A stretch of 57,700 nucleotides of DNA from positions 1 to 57,700 of IMG/VR virus record IMGVR_UViG_3300035145_002905. One strand, given 5' to 3'. Each line of letters starts with the position of its first letter. Within the stretch, counting starts at the first letter, position 1. The notes under the pieces were generated by a model. The model was not told where the DNA came from and ran no database searches. It saw nothing but the letters and a program-made list of their open reading frames with translations. The stretch comes from a virus. Taxonomy: Duplodnaviria > Caudoviricetes. Below, piece after piece: positions 37,870 to 48,242 of the stretch. A program made the position numbers and the translations under genes.

Positions 37870-40800
37870 ATGGCAATAATAAAGAAATTTTCATCTAAAG
37901 AAAATTTGAGTAAATATGGTGTGTTTTTAAACGATACCAATCCAAACTCAACTTACTTTAGAATTACAGAGTTAGGAGAAAATCTAACTGGCGGTAAGAA
38001 TGCATTTCTTATAGAAGGTTCTGAGTGTCTAAAAGAAACAACTGAAATAAAAGTTGAAGTACTAGATGTTAATGGAAATCCAATTTACTTCGAACCTGGT
38101 CAAGGAATTCCACAATACTACGAAGGATTATCTAAAGTAGTTGGAATTTATGTATATGAAGATACTCCTATTGGTTTAGGAAAAATTACCATACTTGGTG
38201 AATTAAAATCATACTTTGATGAAGATGATAACAAAGTAGATGTACCAGAACAATGGAAAGGTATTTACAATGTTAAGTGGGAAAAATCATTAAATATAAA
38301 CAAAAACCTAGCAAATGAAACTAGAGTTAGATTTTTCAAAAAACCACAAATCGATATACAAGAAATTTCAAAACCCTTATTTACAAAAACAATTCCAATT
38401 GCAGTACACACTGGTAGTGTAGAGGGTATTCCACAAGTACCACCAACTGGTCAAAAGTATGGTTCATATGCTGGTGGTGTTTTATATAAACTAGTTCATT
38501 CATCTGGCCCATTATTTACGGCCTCTATGGATGAAAACAGAATATTATTACCAGATTTAGATTGGAATCCAACGATAAAAGAAGTATTAAGTGAAACAGA
38601 ATTATTAGTTGATTCTGCATACACCAGTTCAGATGGAACAGTTAGTGGATTTGGTGCAAGGACATATACATCTTCGTTTGAAAATGGTGAAGGAGTAACA
38701 GTAGTAGAATCGGCATTGACTGGTTCGTTTGCAAAAATAAAAATTACAAATCTTAAAACGTTTGTTGGTGATGTTGCAAGAGTAAAGGTATTTAGAAAAT
38801 CAAGAAATGAAGCTGGTGATTTTACTTTAGTACAAGAACAAAAATTAGAATCAACAGAATTACTAAAAGATATTGCAACTCAGGCAGATACTGAACTATC
38901 ATATGGATTATTTAACGATTACAATCTGTCTAATTATTGGATAACATCTTCAAACACCCACCCAGTCACTTTAAATAATACACAATTATTAAATTCTATA
39001 AAAGTTGATTATGCAGGAAGTGGTACTCAACTTATTTACACTTCAGAATCAATTGATGTAGGAAGTGAAATAGAATACAACTTATCATTCAAAACAAAAC
39101 TAAGTGGTTCGGTAGATACTTCAAAAGAAATAAACGCATATCTTAGTTCATCTGAATTTACACAATCAATAGTAACTGTAAGTGGTTCTTCAGATACACT
39201 TCAAAAATTTGATGTGAATAAAAACATAATTTCACAAAACTCTGGTAGTGCAAGATTAGTATTAGAAGTAAATGGAGATGATTGGTACATTTCTAATATA
39301 TCATTTAAAAATGCAGAAGAATCTTCGTTCTCACCAGATGAGTTTACATTGGTACAAGAAGTTCCAAGAAAACTAGATTCAGAATTTTTTGATTTTAAAT
39401 TTGAATTCTACGATATCAATAATAACTTTATACCAGTAGACCTAAAAACTTCAAAAGAATTTAGTGGTGGTAATTTAACAACAACATCGAATGTTAGATT
39501 ATTAGAATTTGAAACTGATAGAACTGCATTCCGATTCTCAAGTGGTTCATTAGGTAATCCACCATTTCAACAATCAAGATTTAGAGTAACATCAAATGGA
39601 TTGACTGGTTCAATTACATTTGCATCTGCTGCATTTGATAAGAATGGTACATTTATAGACCCATCAACTTATAGTGGAGCATATCCAGGTGGGTTAACAT
39701 CGAATAACGTCTTAACCATAGCATCATTTAGTGGTTCGGATAGTTCTGTTATAGTTGGTTCAATTACTTATACAGCATCTATTGAAGATAAAGAAGAAAT
39801 AGAAACTATAACAAGATTCGAAGATGGTGAACCTGCATCTGCACTTATTGTAACATCAAATCAAAATCAGTTCTTTTACAAGGCAACTGATTTATCAGTA
39901 GAACCAAGTGGACAACAAATACAGATTCAGGCACAAAGAAAAAATCTTGCATCTGATACAACAACGATTACAGTAAATAGTGGAAGTGGTAAACCTGGTC
40001 TTACACAAGGTTCAACTGTAAATGGTATAACTTCATTTACTTTAAATGCAAGTGATTATCCATTTGGGACAGGAAATACCACATATGAGTTTAGCGGTTC
40101 AGATGAATTTGGTTCAGAGTTTGTAGATAGAATATCAATTGCACCAGTCAAAAAATTCGATGGTGTTTCATTACAACTTACAAATAACAATCAAACATTT
40201 AACGCAACTTCACAAAGTGCTGTATCATCACTAGCAGATAGTAGTGGTTCAGTAACATTTAGAATAGGTACAGAACTTATTCAATTCCAAAATGGATTAT
40301 CATCAAATAATAGATTTGATATTGCAGGAATTACTGGTTCTGGTTGTGTACCAACTAGTACAACTCCTAGTAAAAATGAATACTCACTTTCTGCATTTGA
40401 TTCAGATAGTGGTTCATTAACAATTAACATTGATTATAAAGATGGTAGTGGCGATGTATCAGAATTTCAACAAGTTGTAAATTATACAAAAGCAATTGCT
40501 GGAAATACTGGAGTAGATGGACAAGATGGACAAGATGGTGCTGATGGTACACCCGGCCCTCCTGGCCCTGGTGTTACTTATAGAGGTTTGTGGGAATTAA
40601 ATGGAGAGTATGTATCTTCATCACTAAGAAGAGATGTTGTACAAGGTTCTAATGGAGAATATTATTTAGCAAAATCTTCTCATACTGCAAGTAACTCAAA
40701 TCAAAGACCAGTTGATGGTGGTTCATATACAACATATTGGGATACTTTTGGTGCAACATTTAGTTCAGTTGCAACTGATATTTTATTCTCACAAGATGTA

Positions 40801-43740
40801 TATGCTAATAGAACAGTAAACGTAGGTTCAAGTGGTTCTGGTTATCCACTTATTGCATTAAATGCAGATACCGCAAACGCAGGAACAAATCAAGACCCAT
40901 ATATTGCACTTGGTGGAATTACACAATATGCAGCTGCAAATGGTATATATTTAGGATATGATAGTGGTGATACAAAACTTAGTTTAAAAGGTGGTGCATC
41001 TGATGGATTCCTTACATGGGATGGTAGTAATCTAAACATACAAGGTTCAATTAATATAACAGGTGGTGCAACTGCAGATTCTATATCTGCTCTAAATTCA
41101 GAAACAAGTTCACTACAAACTGGAGTAAATAATTCTGTATTGAGTGGTTCAGCAGCAGCAAATAACGCCGTAACAAGTGGTTCTGCAGCAGCAAATAACG
41201 CCGTAACAAGTGGTTCAAACGCAGCAGCCAATGCTGCAACATCTGCTTCAAATGCCCAAAGTACCGCGAATCAAGCTTTAACTTCTGCACAAGAAAGTGG
41301 TTCGGTAGACCCAACTACGAGAAGAGTAACTAAAAATGCCACACCAAGTGGTGCAGGATTATATTTAGGTGCAAATAATTTAGGATATTATGATTCATCA
41401 AATTGGAAAGCTTATTTAAATTCAAGTGGTGAATTTTATTTAGGTAGTAATACAGATTCAAACTATTTAGAATGGAATGGAACTAACTTATCAATTGCTG
41501 GTTCGATTACAATTACTGCAGGTCCAACTTCGGAACAATTAGAACAGTTGAATTCTGCAACAGAATCACTACAAACTGGTGTAGATAATTCTGTATTGAG
41601 TGGTTCATCAGCTGCTTCAGATGCCCAAACAAACGCTCAAAACTTTGCAAGTACTGCAGCAAGTGCATCTGCTGCTAATGCTAGTGGTTCTGCAATTGAT
41701 TCATCAACCGCACTTTTGAATACAAGTGCATCTGCTCTTCAAGGAAACATCGATACCGCCCAATCAACCGCAAATACAGCTACACAATCAGCTGCTAATG
41801 CTCAATCAACCGCTAACAGTAATGCTGCCTTAATACCGAATACCTCTACTGGTCTTATTGATTTTACACCATCACCAAGTGGAGAAGGATTATTTTTAGG
41901 AGCTAACGAATTAGGATTCTATTCTGGTAGTGGTTGGAAAACATATATGTCATCATCGGGTGATTTTTATCTGACAGGACAAGGTGGGGGTTTAACATGG
42001 AATCAAACTGGTTCAGCTTTAACAATTCAAGGTAGAATTAGTGGTTCTCAAATACAAGGTGGTAGTATTATAGGTTCTTCCCTAGCAGGTGGACAGATAG
42101 ATGTACCAAATGCAGACGCACCTTTATTTCATGTTGATACTGCAGGAAATATGAGTGCACAAAACGTATCAATATCAGGTTCTGTAAATCTTGATGCAGG
42201 AACAATCGGTGGTTGGACAGTAGATGATGAAGATTCAGGTGGTGCACTAAGAGATTCAGATACAAGAATTAAGTTTGACCCAAGTTTACCAGAAATACAA
42301 TTATATGATTCAAGTGGTAATAGAAAAGTTGCTATTGGTCCAAACGAAAATTTAACTTCACCTGGTTCATCTGATATTTCTGTTAACAATATTGGTTCAC
42401 AAACAAATGGTACAACAGTAAGTTCAACAACTAGTGGTAGTTATACATCAGTAGCATCTGCATTTGCACAAAGTAATGCCTCAAGTAACTTTACTATTGG
42501 TTCAGCAGGAAGTTGGAATATTACAAACCTTTCTATCTCAAGTACATTTACTCAAACCACAACAAACATACCAAGTGTAACCGCAACAGTTTCTTCACCA
42601 GCATATAACTACTATCCATCATATCTTTATGATTATCATCAAGGTTCTGCAATTGGGGGTACAAGTTATGTTTATTTGTATCTTAGTTTATATACTTCAA
42701 CTAACCAATTAGTTCATAGAGAAACATTAACATATTCTTATGCTAGAGGTGCATACAATAGTGGTGCATATTACTACGCTACAGCCAATAGTTATTCTCC
42801 AACTGGATATGTTTGGACATATGGGGGTGGTGGTTCAACAGTCTCTGCTACAAGTTATGCATCAAGTACATATAGTGATGATTTTTTAATTAATGTGGAG
42901 AATACTGGAACTCATTACTTCAAATACGAAACAAACGTTGTAAATAGGTCATCTTATAAAACAGATATAGATGCTTATGGAAATACTTCAACAAGTTTTT
43001 CTACATTTACAAAAAGTGGATTAAATTTAACTCTTGGTGACCCATATGTAACATTAGCAGCACCATCAAACTTTGTAGAAATAAACGCAGGTGGATTCCA
43101 GGCAGTATCAGATTCATCTCAATATGTTAGAATAAGAAGAGTTGCACAAGGAACATCTAATCCAAATTTAATGAATGTAGTAGGTGGGTATCTTACCTGC
43201 GGTGAGTATAGTGATGACCATGATATAACTAGACAAAGAAACTATGGAAAAACTGAGATTGAAGGTCAATTAGAGGTAGGAGATACATGGCAATCTACAG
43301 GTGGTGTAAAAAGAGGTATATTTCTTAACGGTAATATAAATATAAAAAGTAATTCATCTGGATTTGGTGGTACATCAACTTCGGGTATTGGGGCATCAAG
43401 TAGTGGTAATCTCGGAAACAGCATTAAAGCTAGTGGTAATTTTGTAGTACTAAATCCATCTGCCACAAGATATTATACTCTCCCATGTGTATATGCTGGT
43501 ACTGAATATGCTGATGGAAACGATTGGTCTAATGGAGATATAATTTGGATTTGGAATAGAAATGATAGTCAAACTGCTAGAATTTATGGTTTAATACATG
43601 GTGGGTTAAACTCATATTACAGTTTAAATGGTGGTGCAGCAATGATGTGTATATATTGGACCAGTTTTGGTTCAAGTTGGAATAGTAATACAGATAAAGG
43701 ATGGGTTATTATGAGTGACCCTGTTGATAATACTGGTTAA
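37870..43740 (+). CDS. Large tail fibre / receptor-binding structural protein
   Basis: S/G/T-rich beta repeats, short collagen GXY run, Ala/Ser/Asn helical repeats, GTIGGW motif. Confidence 0.75.
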   Translation: MAIIKKFSSKENLSKYGVFLNDTNPNSTYFRITELGENLTGGKNAFLIEGSECLKETTEIKVEVLDVNGNPIYFEPGQGIPQYYEGLSKVVGIYVYEDTPIGLGKITILGELKSYFDEDDNKVDVPEQWKGIYNVKWEKSLNINKNLANETRVRFFKKPQIDIQEISKPLFTKTIPIAVHTGSVEGIPQVPPTGQKYGSYAGGVLYKLVHSSGPLFTASMDENRILLPDLDWNPTIKEVLSETELLVDSAYTSSDGTVSGFGARTYTSSFENGEGVTVVESALTGSFAKIKITNLKTFVGDVARVKVFRKSRNEAGDFTLVQEQKLESTELLKDIATQADTELSYGLFNDYNLSNYWITSSNTHPVTLNNTQLLNSIKVDYAGSGTQLIYTSESIDVGSEIEYNLSFKTKLSGSVDTSKEINAYLSSSEFTQSIVTVSGSSDTLQKFDVNKNIISQNSGSARLVLEVNGDDWYISNISFKNAEESSFSPDEFTLVQEVPRKLDSEFFDFKFEFYDINNNFIPVDLKTSKEFSGGNLTTTSNVRLLEFETDRTAFRFSSGSLGNPPFQQSRFRVTSNGLTGSITFASAAFDKNGTFIDPSTYSGAYPGGLTSNNVLTIASFSGSDSSVIVGSITYTASIEDKEEIETITRFEDGEPASALIVTSNQNQFFYKATDLSVEPSGQQIQIQAQRKNLASDTTTITVNSGSGKPGLTQGSTVNGITSFTLNASDYPFGTGNTTYEFSGSDEFGSEFVDRISIAPVKKFDGVSLQLTNNNQTFNATSQSAVSSLADSSGSVTFRIGTELIQFQNGLSSNNRFDIAGITGSGCVPTSTTPSKNEYSLSAFDSDSGSLTINIDYKDGSGDVSEFQQVVNYTKAIAGNTGVDGQDGQDGADGTPGPPGPGVTYRGLWELNGEYVSSSLRRDVVQGSNGEYYLAKSSHTASNSNQRPVDGGSYTTYWDTFGATFSSVATDILFSQDVYANRTVNVGSSGSGYPLIALNADTANAGTNQDPYIALGGITQYAAANGIYLGYDSGDTKLSLKGGASDGFLTWDGSNLNIQGSINITGGATADSISALNSETSSLQTGVNNSVLSGSAAANNAVTSGSAAANNAVTSGSNAAANAATSASNAQSTANQALTSAQESGSVDPTTRRVTKNATPSGAGLYLGANNLGYYDSSNWKAYLNSSGEFYLGSNTDSNYLEWNGTNLSIAGSITITAGPTSEQLEQLNSATESLQTGVDNSVLSGSSAASDAQTNAQNFASTAASASAANASGSAIDSSTALLNTSASALQGNIDTAQSTANTATQSAANAQSTANSNAALIPNTSTGLIDFTPSPSGEGLFLGANELGFYSGSGWKTYMSSSGDFYLTGQGGGLTWNQTGSALTIQGRISGSQIQGGSIIGSSLAGGQIDVPNADAPLFHVDTAGNMSAQNVSISGSVNLDAGTIGGWTVDDEDSGGALRDSDTRIKFDPSLPEIQLYDSSGNRKVAIGPNENLTSPGSSDISVNNIGSQTNGTTVSSTTSGSYTSVASAFAQSNASSNFTIGSAGSWNITNLSISSTFTQTTTNIPSVTATVSSPAYNYYPSYLYDYHQGSAIGGTSYVYLYLSLYTSTNQLVHRETLTYSYARGAYNSGAYYYATANSYSPTGYVWTYGGGGSTVSATSYASSTYSDDFLINVENTGTHYFKYETNVVNRSSYKTDIDAYGNTSTSFSTFTKSGLNLTLGDPYVTLAAPSNFVEINAGGFQAVSDSSQYVRIRRVAQGTSNPNLMNVVGGYLTCGEYSDDHDITRQRNYGKTEIEGQLEVGDTWQSTGGVKRGIFLNGNINIKSNSSGFGGTSTSGIGASSSGNLGNSIKASGNFVVLNPSATRYYTLPCVYAGTEYADGNDWSNGDIIWIWNRNDSQTARIYGLIHGGLNSYYSLNGGAAMMCIYWTSFGSSWNSNTDKGWVIMSDPVDNTG
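40501..40572 (+). repeat. Collagen-like Gly-X-Y segment in tail fibre
   Basis: GNTGVDGQDGQDGADGTPGPPGPG. Confidence 0.8.
41143..41217 (+). repeat. 33-bp tandem repeat (2 copies plus partial) encoding SGSAAANNAVT
   Basis: agtggttc(a/t)gcagcagcaaataacgccgtaaca twice. Confidence 0.9.
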
Positions 43741-43752
43741 AATTAAAATATT

Positions 43753-43995
43753 ATGGCAAAAACAATAATTACATTAACAACAACACAAGAGAATGATACG
43801 GTCATAACTCAACAAATTGAGAATGAAAAAGATATAAAAAAAACTCATACTGTAATAGATGACCTTGCAGCATATTTACCAATTTATGAAAGAGAGTTTG
43901 ATAAAGCAAATCCAAACAACAAACTTAAAATGGTAGTTGCAACAGATGAAAGAGGTATTGAGATTTTAAGATTAACTAAAAACGAATATCTTTGA
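43753..43995 (+). CDS. Hypothetical protein (possible fibre chaperone)
   Basis: Small ORF directly after the fibre gene; function inferred from position only. Confidence 0.55.
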   Translation: MAKTIITLTTTQENDTVITQQIENEKDIKKTHTVIDDLAAYLPIYEREFDKANPNNKLKMVVATDERGIEILRLTKNEYL

Positions 43996-44978
43996 AATTA
44001 TTAGTAACAACAGGTTTTGGAAATATCATTCAAGGTGGAGCCGATATTTGGGTAAATCATTTTATAGATTTAGTTTTACCAAAATTAAAAGATGAATATA
44101 TAATATTCGTTGATGGTAAACGACCTGTCGGATTTGAAACCAAACTCAAAAATTTTCACTTTCATGGAGATGATTTTAAACGTTCTGAAGAACTTTTAGA
44201 AGAATGTGATACAATCCACTTCTTACATGCAAATTATCACAAGAGAGAACATCTATGGAAACATAAGGATAAGTGGGGTATTATATTTGTACATGCGTAT
44301 CTACCCGATATGTTGAAATATGGTGATTCAGTAAAACAATTTAATACAAATGTAAATGAAGATGAATTTTTAGAATTACTTCATCATTGTAGAAAAAGAA
44401 TTTGGATTGGAAATAATCCATCACAACTACACGAAGATTTTCCAATAAGAACTTATACAGTAACTAATTTTTATGAATTTAAACAAAATAAATTAGCAGA
44501 TGTACAACACAAAAAAATTGGGTTCACATCAAGAATAGAATCAAGAAAGAATGTACACTACTTAGATGGATTTGAAGGGTTGGTATTATCAAACAGATAT
44601 GATTGGAAGAATATAACAGAAACTACTGATTATGATTTCTCAAAAATAAAATTTTATCAATGGGATATAAATATTCATGAACAATTTATGAAGTTAGATT
44701 GGGATATCGCACATTGTTGTCATACAAACGAACCATTCGGATATAATATATTTCAAGCGGTTGATTGGGGAAAAATTCCTATCATACATACTGATTGGGG
44801 AAAGATAGATTATAGATATAAAGCAAATGATAAAGAAAGTTTTGGTTATGCATATGGAAATATTTTAAGAGATACACCAATGCAACGAACAAAGGAATTT
44901 ATTAAACTAAAAAGATATCTTCAAAAATTCGATAATAAATCTAAGTGGGTAGAAAAAATTATCGTTTTCTTAAAATAG
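43992..44978 (+). CDS. GT-B (GT4-like) glycosyltransferase
   Basis: N-terminal GGA; RIESRKN; EPFGYNIFQA; TTG start. Confidence 0.65.
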   Translation: MKLLVTTGFGNIIQGGADIWVNHFIDLVLPKLKDEYIIFVDGKRPVGFETKLKNFHFHGDDFKRSEELLEECDTIHFLHANYHKREHLWKHKDKWGIIFVHAYLPDMLKYGDSVKQFNTNVNEDEFLELLHHCRKRIWIGNNPSQLHEDFPIRTYTVTNFYEFKQNKLADVQHKKIGFTSRIESRKNVHYLDGFEGLVLSNRYDWKNITETTDYDFSKIKFYQWDINIHEQFMKLDWDIAHCCHTNEPFGYNIFQAVDWGKIPIIHTDWGKIDYRYKANDKESFGYAYGNILRDTPMQRTKEFIKLKRYLQKFDNKSKWVEKIIVFLK

Positions 44979-44985
44979 TTATATA

Positions 44986-44993
44986 TATTTATA
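44986..44993 (+). promoter_or_regulatory. TATTTATA putative late promoter at the head of the glycan operon
   Basis: Intergenic motif copy. Confidence 0.65.
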
Positions 44994-45008
44994 TACAACA
45001 ATTGTTAC

Positions 45009-45788
45009 ATGAGTCTTATCAATTATACATTGGTAAAAGAATTTTTTACCAACAATCAAGTCAAATTAAAAGATAAAAACGATGAGGTTTATACAGAATA
45101 TAGACCAGTCAAATATCGTTGGACACATGGTGCAACCGATTCCTACTTGGGAGATGGTTTACTAGTATATTCAATCATACAATTTATGAAATATAAAACT
45201 TGTGTTGTTCTTGGAAGTGGAGGCGGATTCATTCCAAGAATTATTTCACAGGCAAGAATTGATTTACATGATGTGGGTATTTTTGATGGTCAAAAAGCAA
45301 TGGAGTATGGTGATTGTGGTACTACTATTTTAGTAGATGCAAATAATGGAGTTAATGGTAAACCAGATTGGGTTGATGAGGATTCTTTCCTCAGAACTAA
45401 TTTTCCATGTAGAATCATTCTAAATACTACTGAAGATGCTTACTACAATTATTTTGTAAAAGAAGATATTAACATAGATTACCTTCATATTGATGCAGGA
45501 CATTCGTATGAAGATGTATCTAATGATTTTAAATTGTATTCTAAATTATTAAATGAAGATGGTATGATTGCAGTACATGATACTGATTTAGATTACGAAG
45601 AAAACCATATCATAACAAACGATGTTAAGAAAGAACAACATCAGAGTTATGCAGAGGGGCCGAATAAATTAATTAAACAAATTCAAGATAGTGGGGAATG
45701 GGAAGTTTTCAATTTCTTCAATCACAAAAAGAAAGTAAATTATCCAAGTTCAACTGGACTAACTTTTTTACAGAAGAAGAAGATATAA
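45009..45788 (+). CDS. Class I SAM-dependent methyltransferase (Methyltransf_24-like)
   Basis: LGSGGG; LHIDAGHSYEDV; DGMIAVHDT. Confidence 0.8.
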   Translation: MSLINYTLVKEFFTNNQVKLKDKNDEVYTEYRPVKYRWTHGATDSYLGDGLLVYSIIQFMKYKTCVVLGSGGGFIPRIISQARIDLHDVGIFDGQKAMEYGDCGTTILVDANNGVNGKPDWVDEDSFLRTNFPCRIILNTTEDAYYNYFVKEDINIDYLHIDAGHSYEDVSNDFKLYSKLLNEDGMIAVHDTDLDYEENHIITNDVKKEQHQSYAEGPNKLIKQIQDSGEWEVFNFFNHKKKVNYPSSTGLTFLQKKKI

Positions 45789-46636
45789 TGATTAATTTAG
45801 TAACTGTTGTAGGTCATAACATTACAATGTTACCACATATGTTAAATTACTATAAAGATATAGTAGATAAAATTTATGTGGTTGTTTACAGACAACACGA
45901 AGATGATGGTATTTTAGAAGAAATAAAAAAACTAGGAATTACACCATATAAAGTTGTTACTGAACCAAAATTTAATTGGAGAAAGGTAACAGAACTTTAT
46001 AACGAAGTAAAGATGACAAAACCAAATGATTGGTGGGTGGTATCTGATGATGATGAATTCCATGTATATCCAAAACCATTAAAAGAACTCATCAGAGAAT
46101 GTGAGGATAATGGTTGGGAATTTATTACTGGTGGGTTTTTAGATAGAATAGGAGAAGGTGGAACTTTTCCTAAAGTAGAAAAAGAAAGTAACATATGGGA
46201 GTTATTCCCATATAGTGGCTTTTTTAGGTATCCACTTAGTGGGGCCTGTCCCAATAAATGTTGTGTGATGAAAGGTCATATTCATGTAACAAACGGCCAA
46301 CATTATGCAATTGTTGATGGGAATCATGTGTGGGGAGAAGAGGGTTCAAAACATCCTCTTCGATACCCGCCTGGTAGAGGTGAGGGATTTATACAAGTTC
46401 ATCACTTCAAATGGGATTCGACTGTTTTAGAACGATTAAAAGAGGTTTCAGAAACAGAAGAAGATTACACTTTTTGGGAAGAATACAAAAAGATGTATAA
46501 CGCAATCAAAGATAATGATTGGAAAATTGATATTAGTAATCCTACATTTGGTTTGATAAAAAATATACCAATTGAATCAGAACATTGGGATTATCAATAT
46601 TGGAATAGATTAACAAAAGGAATAATTAAAGTTTAA
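45788..46636 (+). CDS. GT-A (GT2-like) glycosyltransferase
   Basis: WWVVSDDDEF DxD motif, GQH, HHFKW; start set at TAATG coupling (MINLVTV). Confidence 0.7.
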   Translation: MINLVTVVGHNITMLPHMLNYYKDIVDKIYVVVYRQHEDDGILEEIKKLGITPYKVVTEPKFNWRKVTELYNEVKMTKPNDWWVVSDDDEFHVYPKPLKELIRECEDNGWEFITGGFLDRIGEGGTFPKVEKESNIWELFPYSGFFRYPLSGACPNKCCVMKGHIHVTNGQHYAIVDGNHVWGEEGSKHPLRYPPGRGEGFIQVHHFKWDSTVLERLKEVSETEEDYTFWEEYKKMYNAIKDNDWKIDISNPTFGLIKNIPIESEHWDYQYWNRLTKGIIKV

Positions 46637-46639
46637 ATT

Positions 46640-46819
46640 ATGGCAAAAAACGAAACTGAAAAATTACTTGAAGAAAGAAAAATCAAAGCGTTAGAAAAAA
46701 TTGCTAACTCTTTAGATGCACTTACGTTATGGTTTGAAGAAATCGATAAAGAAGAGTGGGGACCAAGAATCGAGTGGTATATGTCTTTATGGAAAGAGAA
46801 GTTTATTGATGAAAAATAA
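46640..46819 (+). CDS. Small hypothetical protein (59 aa, not in ORF track)
   Basis: Translated by hand: MAKNETEKLL...KFIDEK*. Confidence 0.7.
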   Translation: MAKNETEKLLEERKIKALEKIANSLDALTLWFEEIDKEEWGPRIEWYMSLWKEKFIDEK

Positions 46820-48242
46820 ACTTGGTGTAATAGTACCATATAGAAATAGGTCAACTCATCTTGATAAGTTTTTAAAAGATGCACCAGGAAAGTTAAAAGA
46901 ACAAGAAATCGATTTTGAAATCATCGTTGTTGAACAAGCAGATGATAAACCGTTTAATCGAGGAAAGTTACTTAACATTGGTGTAAAGAAAGCAAAAGAG
47001 AGAGGCTGTACTTATGTTGCTCTACATGATGTGGATATGATACCACTACGCGTTGATTATTCATCAGTTGATAGACCAACACACCTTGCAACACACTTCA
47101 CATCTAATCATGGTGAAAAAAGAATTATCTTTGATGAATATTTTGGAGGCGTAACTCTTTTTCCTATTTTAGATTATTATAAAGTAAATGGATACTCAAA
47201 TGAATATTGGGGATGGGGATATGAAGATGATGATTTGATGTATCGTTGTAGGGAAAACTATATGGATTTTAATACCAAACAAATACCTGTAAAAACAACT
47301 AATTCAGCTGGATTAGTTTTTAATGGTTGGGATAGTCAAGTTAAATTACCTAAACCATATCACTTCGATAACTTTTCCATACTAATAACATTTGAACCAG
47401 ATAAAATAGAATGTGATGAAGAACGTGCAATAGATGAGTATTCTATTTTATCAGTACCTGGATATGATATGGGATTTTCATATAATTCATTTAAAAGATA
47501 TAAATTTGAAACATTCACAACAAAGAAAGAATGTATAAGTTTAAAATCTGTAATTACAGAACCAAAGAGAACTACTCTTATGGTTGTAGTAGACCAGTAC
47601 AATAAATTTATTAAGTTATATCAAGATGGTGAATTAATAGATGAACATGAATACGAAGGTAGATTATTAAGATATGATAAAGAAAAATTTATTTATCTTG
47701 GACAAACACCATCTGCAGACCATAACGCAAGGAGACCATATAAAGGTAGAATTGATTATCTTGCTTTTTGGAATCATTCACTAGAACCAGGTCAAGTTAA
47801 TACAATTTTTAAAAATCTTCCAATGGGTGTTTTAGAAAATTATGAAGGTTATACAACATCACATTGTTTAGAAGCTGTGTATGATGCAAAGGCATCTACA
47901 TTTCATAAACTTATTGATTTAAGTGGTAATAACAGACATGGTAAGATACATCATTGTGATAGAACTGCAGTATATCATGAAGAAGATTTTACTGAAATTG
48001 CGGTGCCATGGAGAAAAGAGGGTAGATTCCTTTTATTACCTCATGCAGATAATGGATTTTATGAAAACAAATGGATTTATACAGAAACTAGAAAAAATCA
48101 AGTTAGATTTTACAATAAAGTTTTAAAAGGAAAAACAAATTGGAGAAGAGATGGTATGGATACATTAAAATATAAATTAATGAGTGAAACTAATTTAGGG
48201 GGAGACAATTATAAAGGTGTAATGTTATCTTGTCAATTATGA
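46809..48242 (+). CDS. GT7 beta-1,4-galactosyltransferase-like enzyme with inserted LamG/ConA domain
   Basis: VPYRNR, FNRGKLLN, HDVD, YFGGV, NGYSNEYWGWGYEDDD; start set at MKNKLG. Confidence 0.85.
   Translation: MKNKLGVIVPYRNRSTHLDKFLKDAPGKLKEQEIDFEIIVVEQADDKPFNRGKLLNIGVKKAKERGCTYVALHDVDMIPLRVDYSSVDRPTHLATHFTSNHGEKRIIFDEYFGGVTLFPILDYYKVNGYSNEYWGWGYEDDDLMYRCRENYMDFNTKQIPVKTTNSAGLVFNGWDSQVKLPKPYHFDNFSILITFEPDKIECDEERAIDEYSILSVPGYDMGFSYNSFKRYKFETFTTKKECISLKSVITEPKRTTLMVVVDQYNKFIKLYQDGELIDEHEYEGRLLRYDKEKFIYLGQTPSADHNARRPYKGRIDYLAFWNHSLEPGQVNTIFKNLPMGVLENYEGYTTSHCLEAVYDAKASTFHKLIDLSGNNRHGKIHHCDRTAVYHEEDFTEIAVPWRKEGRFLLLPHADNGFYENKWIYTETRKNQVRFYNKVLKGKTNWRRDGMDTLKYKLMSETNLGGDNYKGVMLSCQL

Noticed and set aside
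45698-46808. Track starts at 45698 and 46716 (also 55782, 48230, 31346, 37848)
   Set aside because: They create long overlaps; downstream ATGs give stop-start coupling, and 46716 overlaps the real 59-aa ORF at 46640
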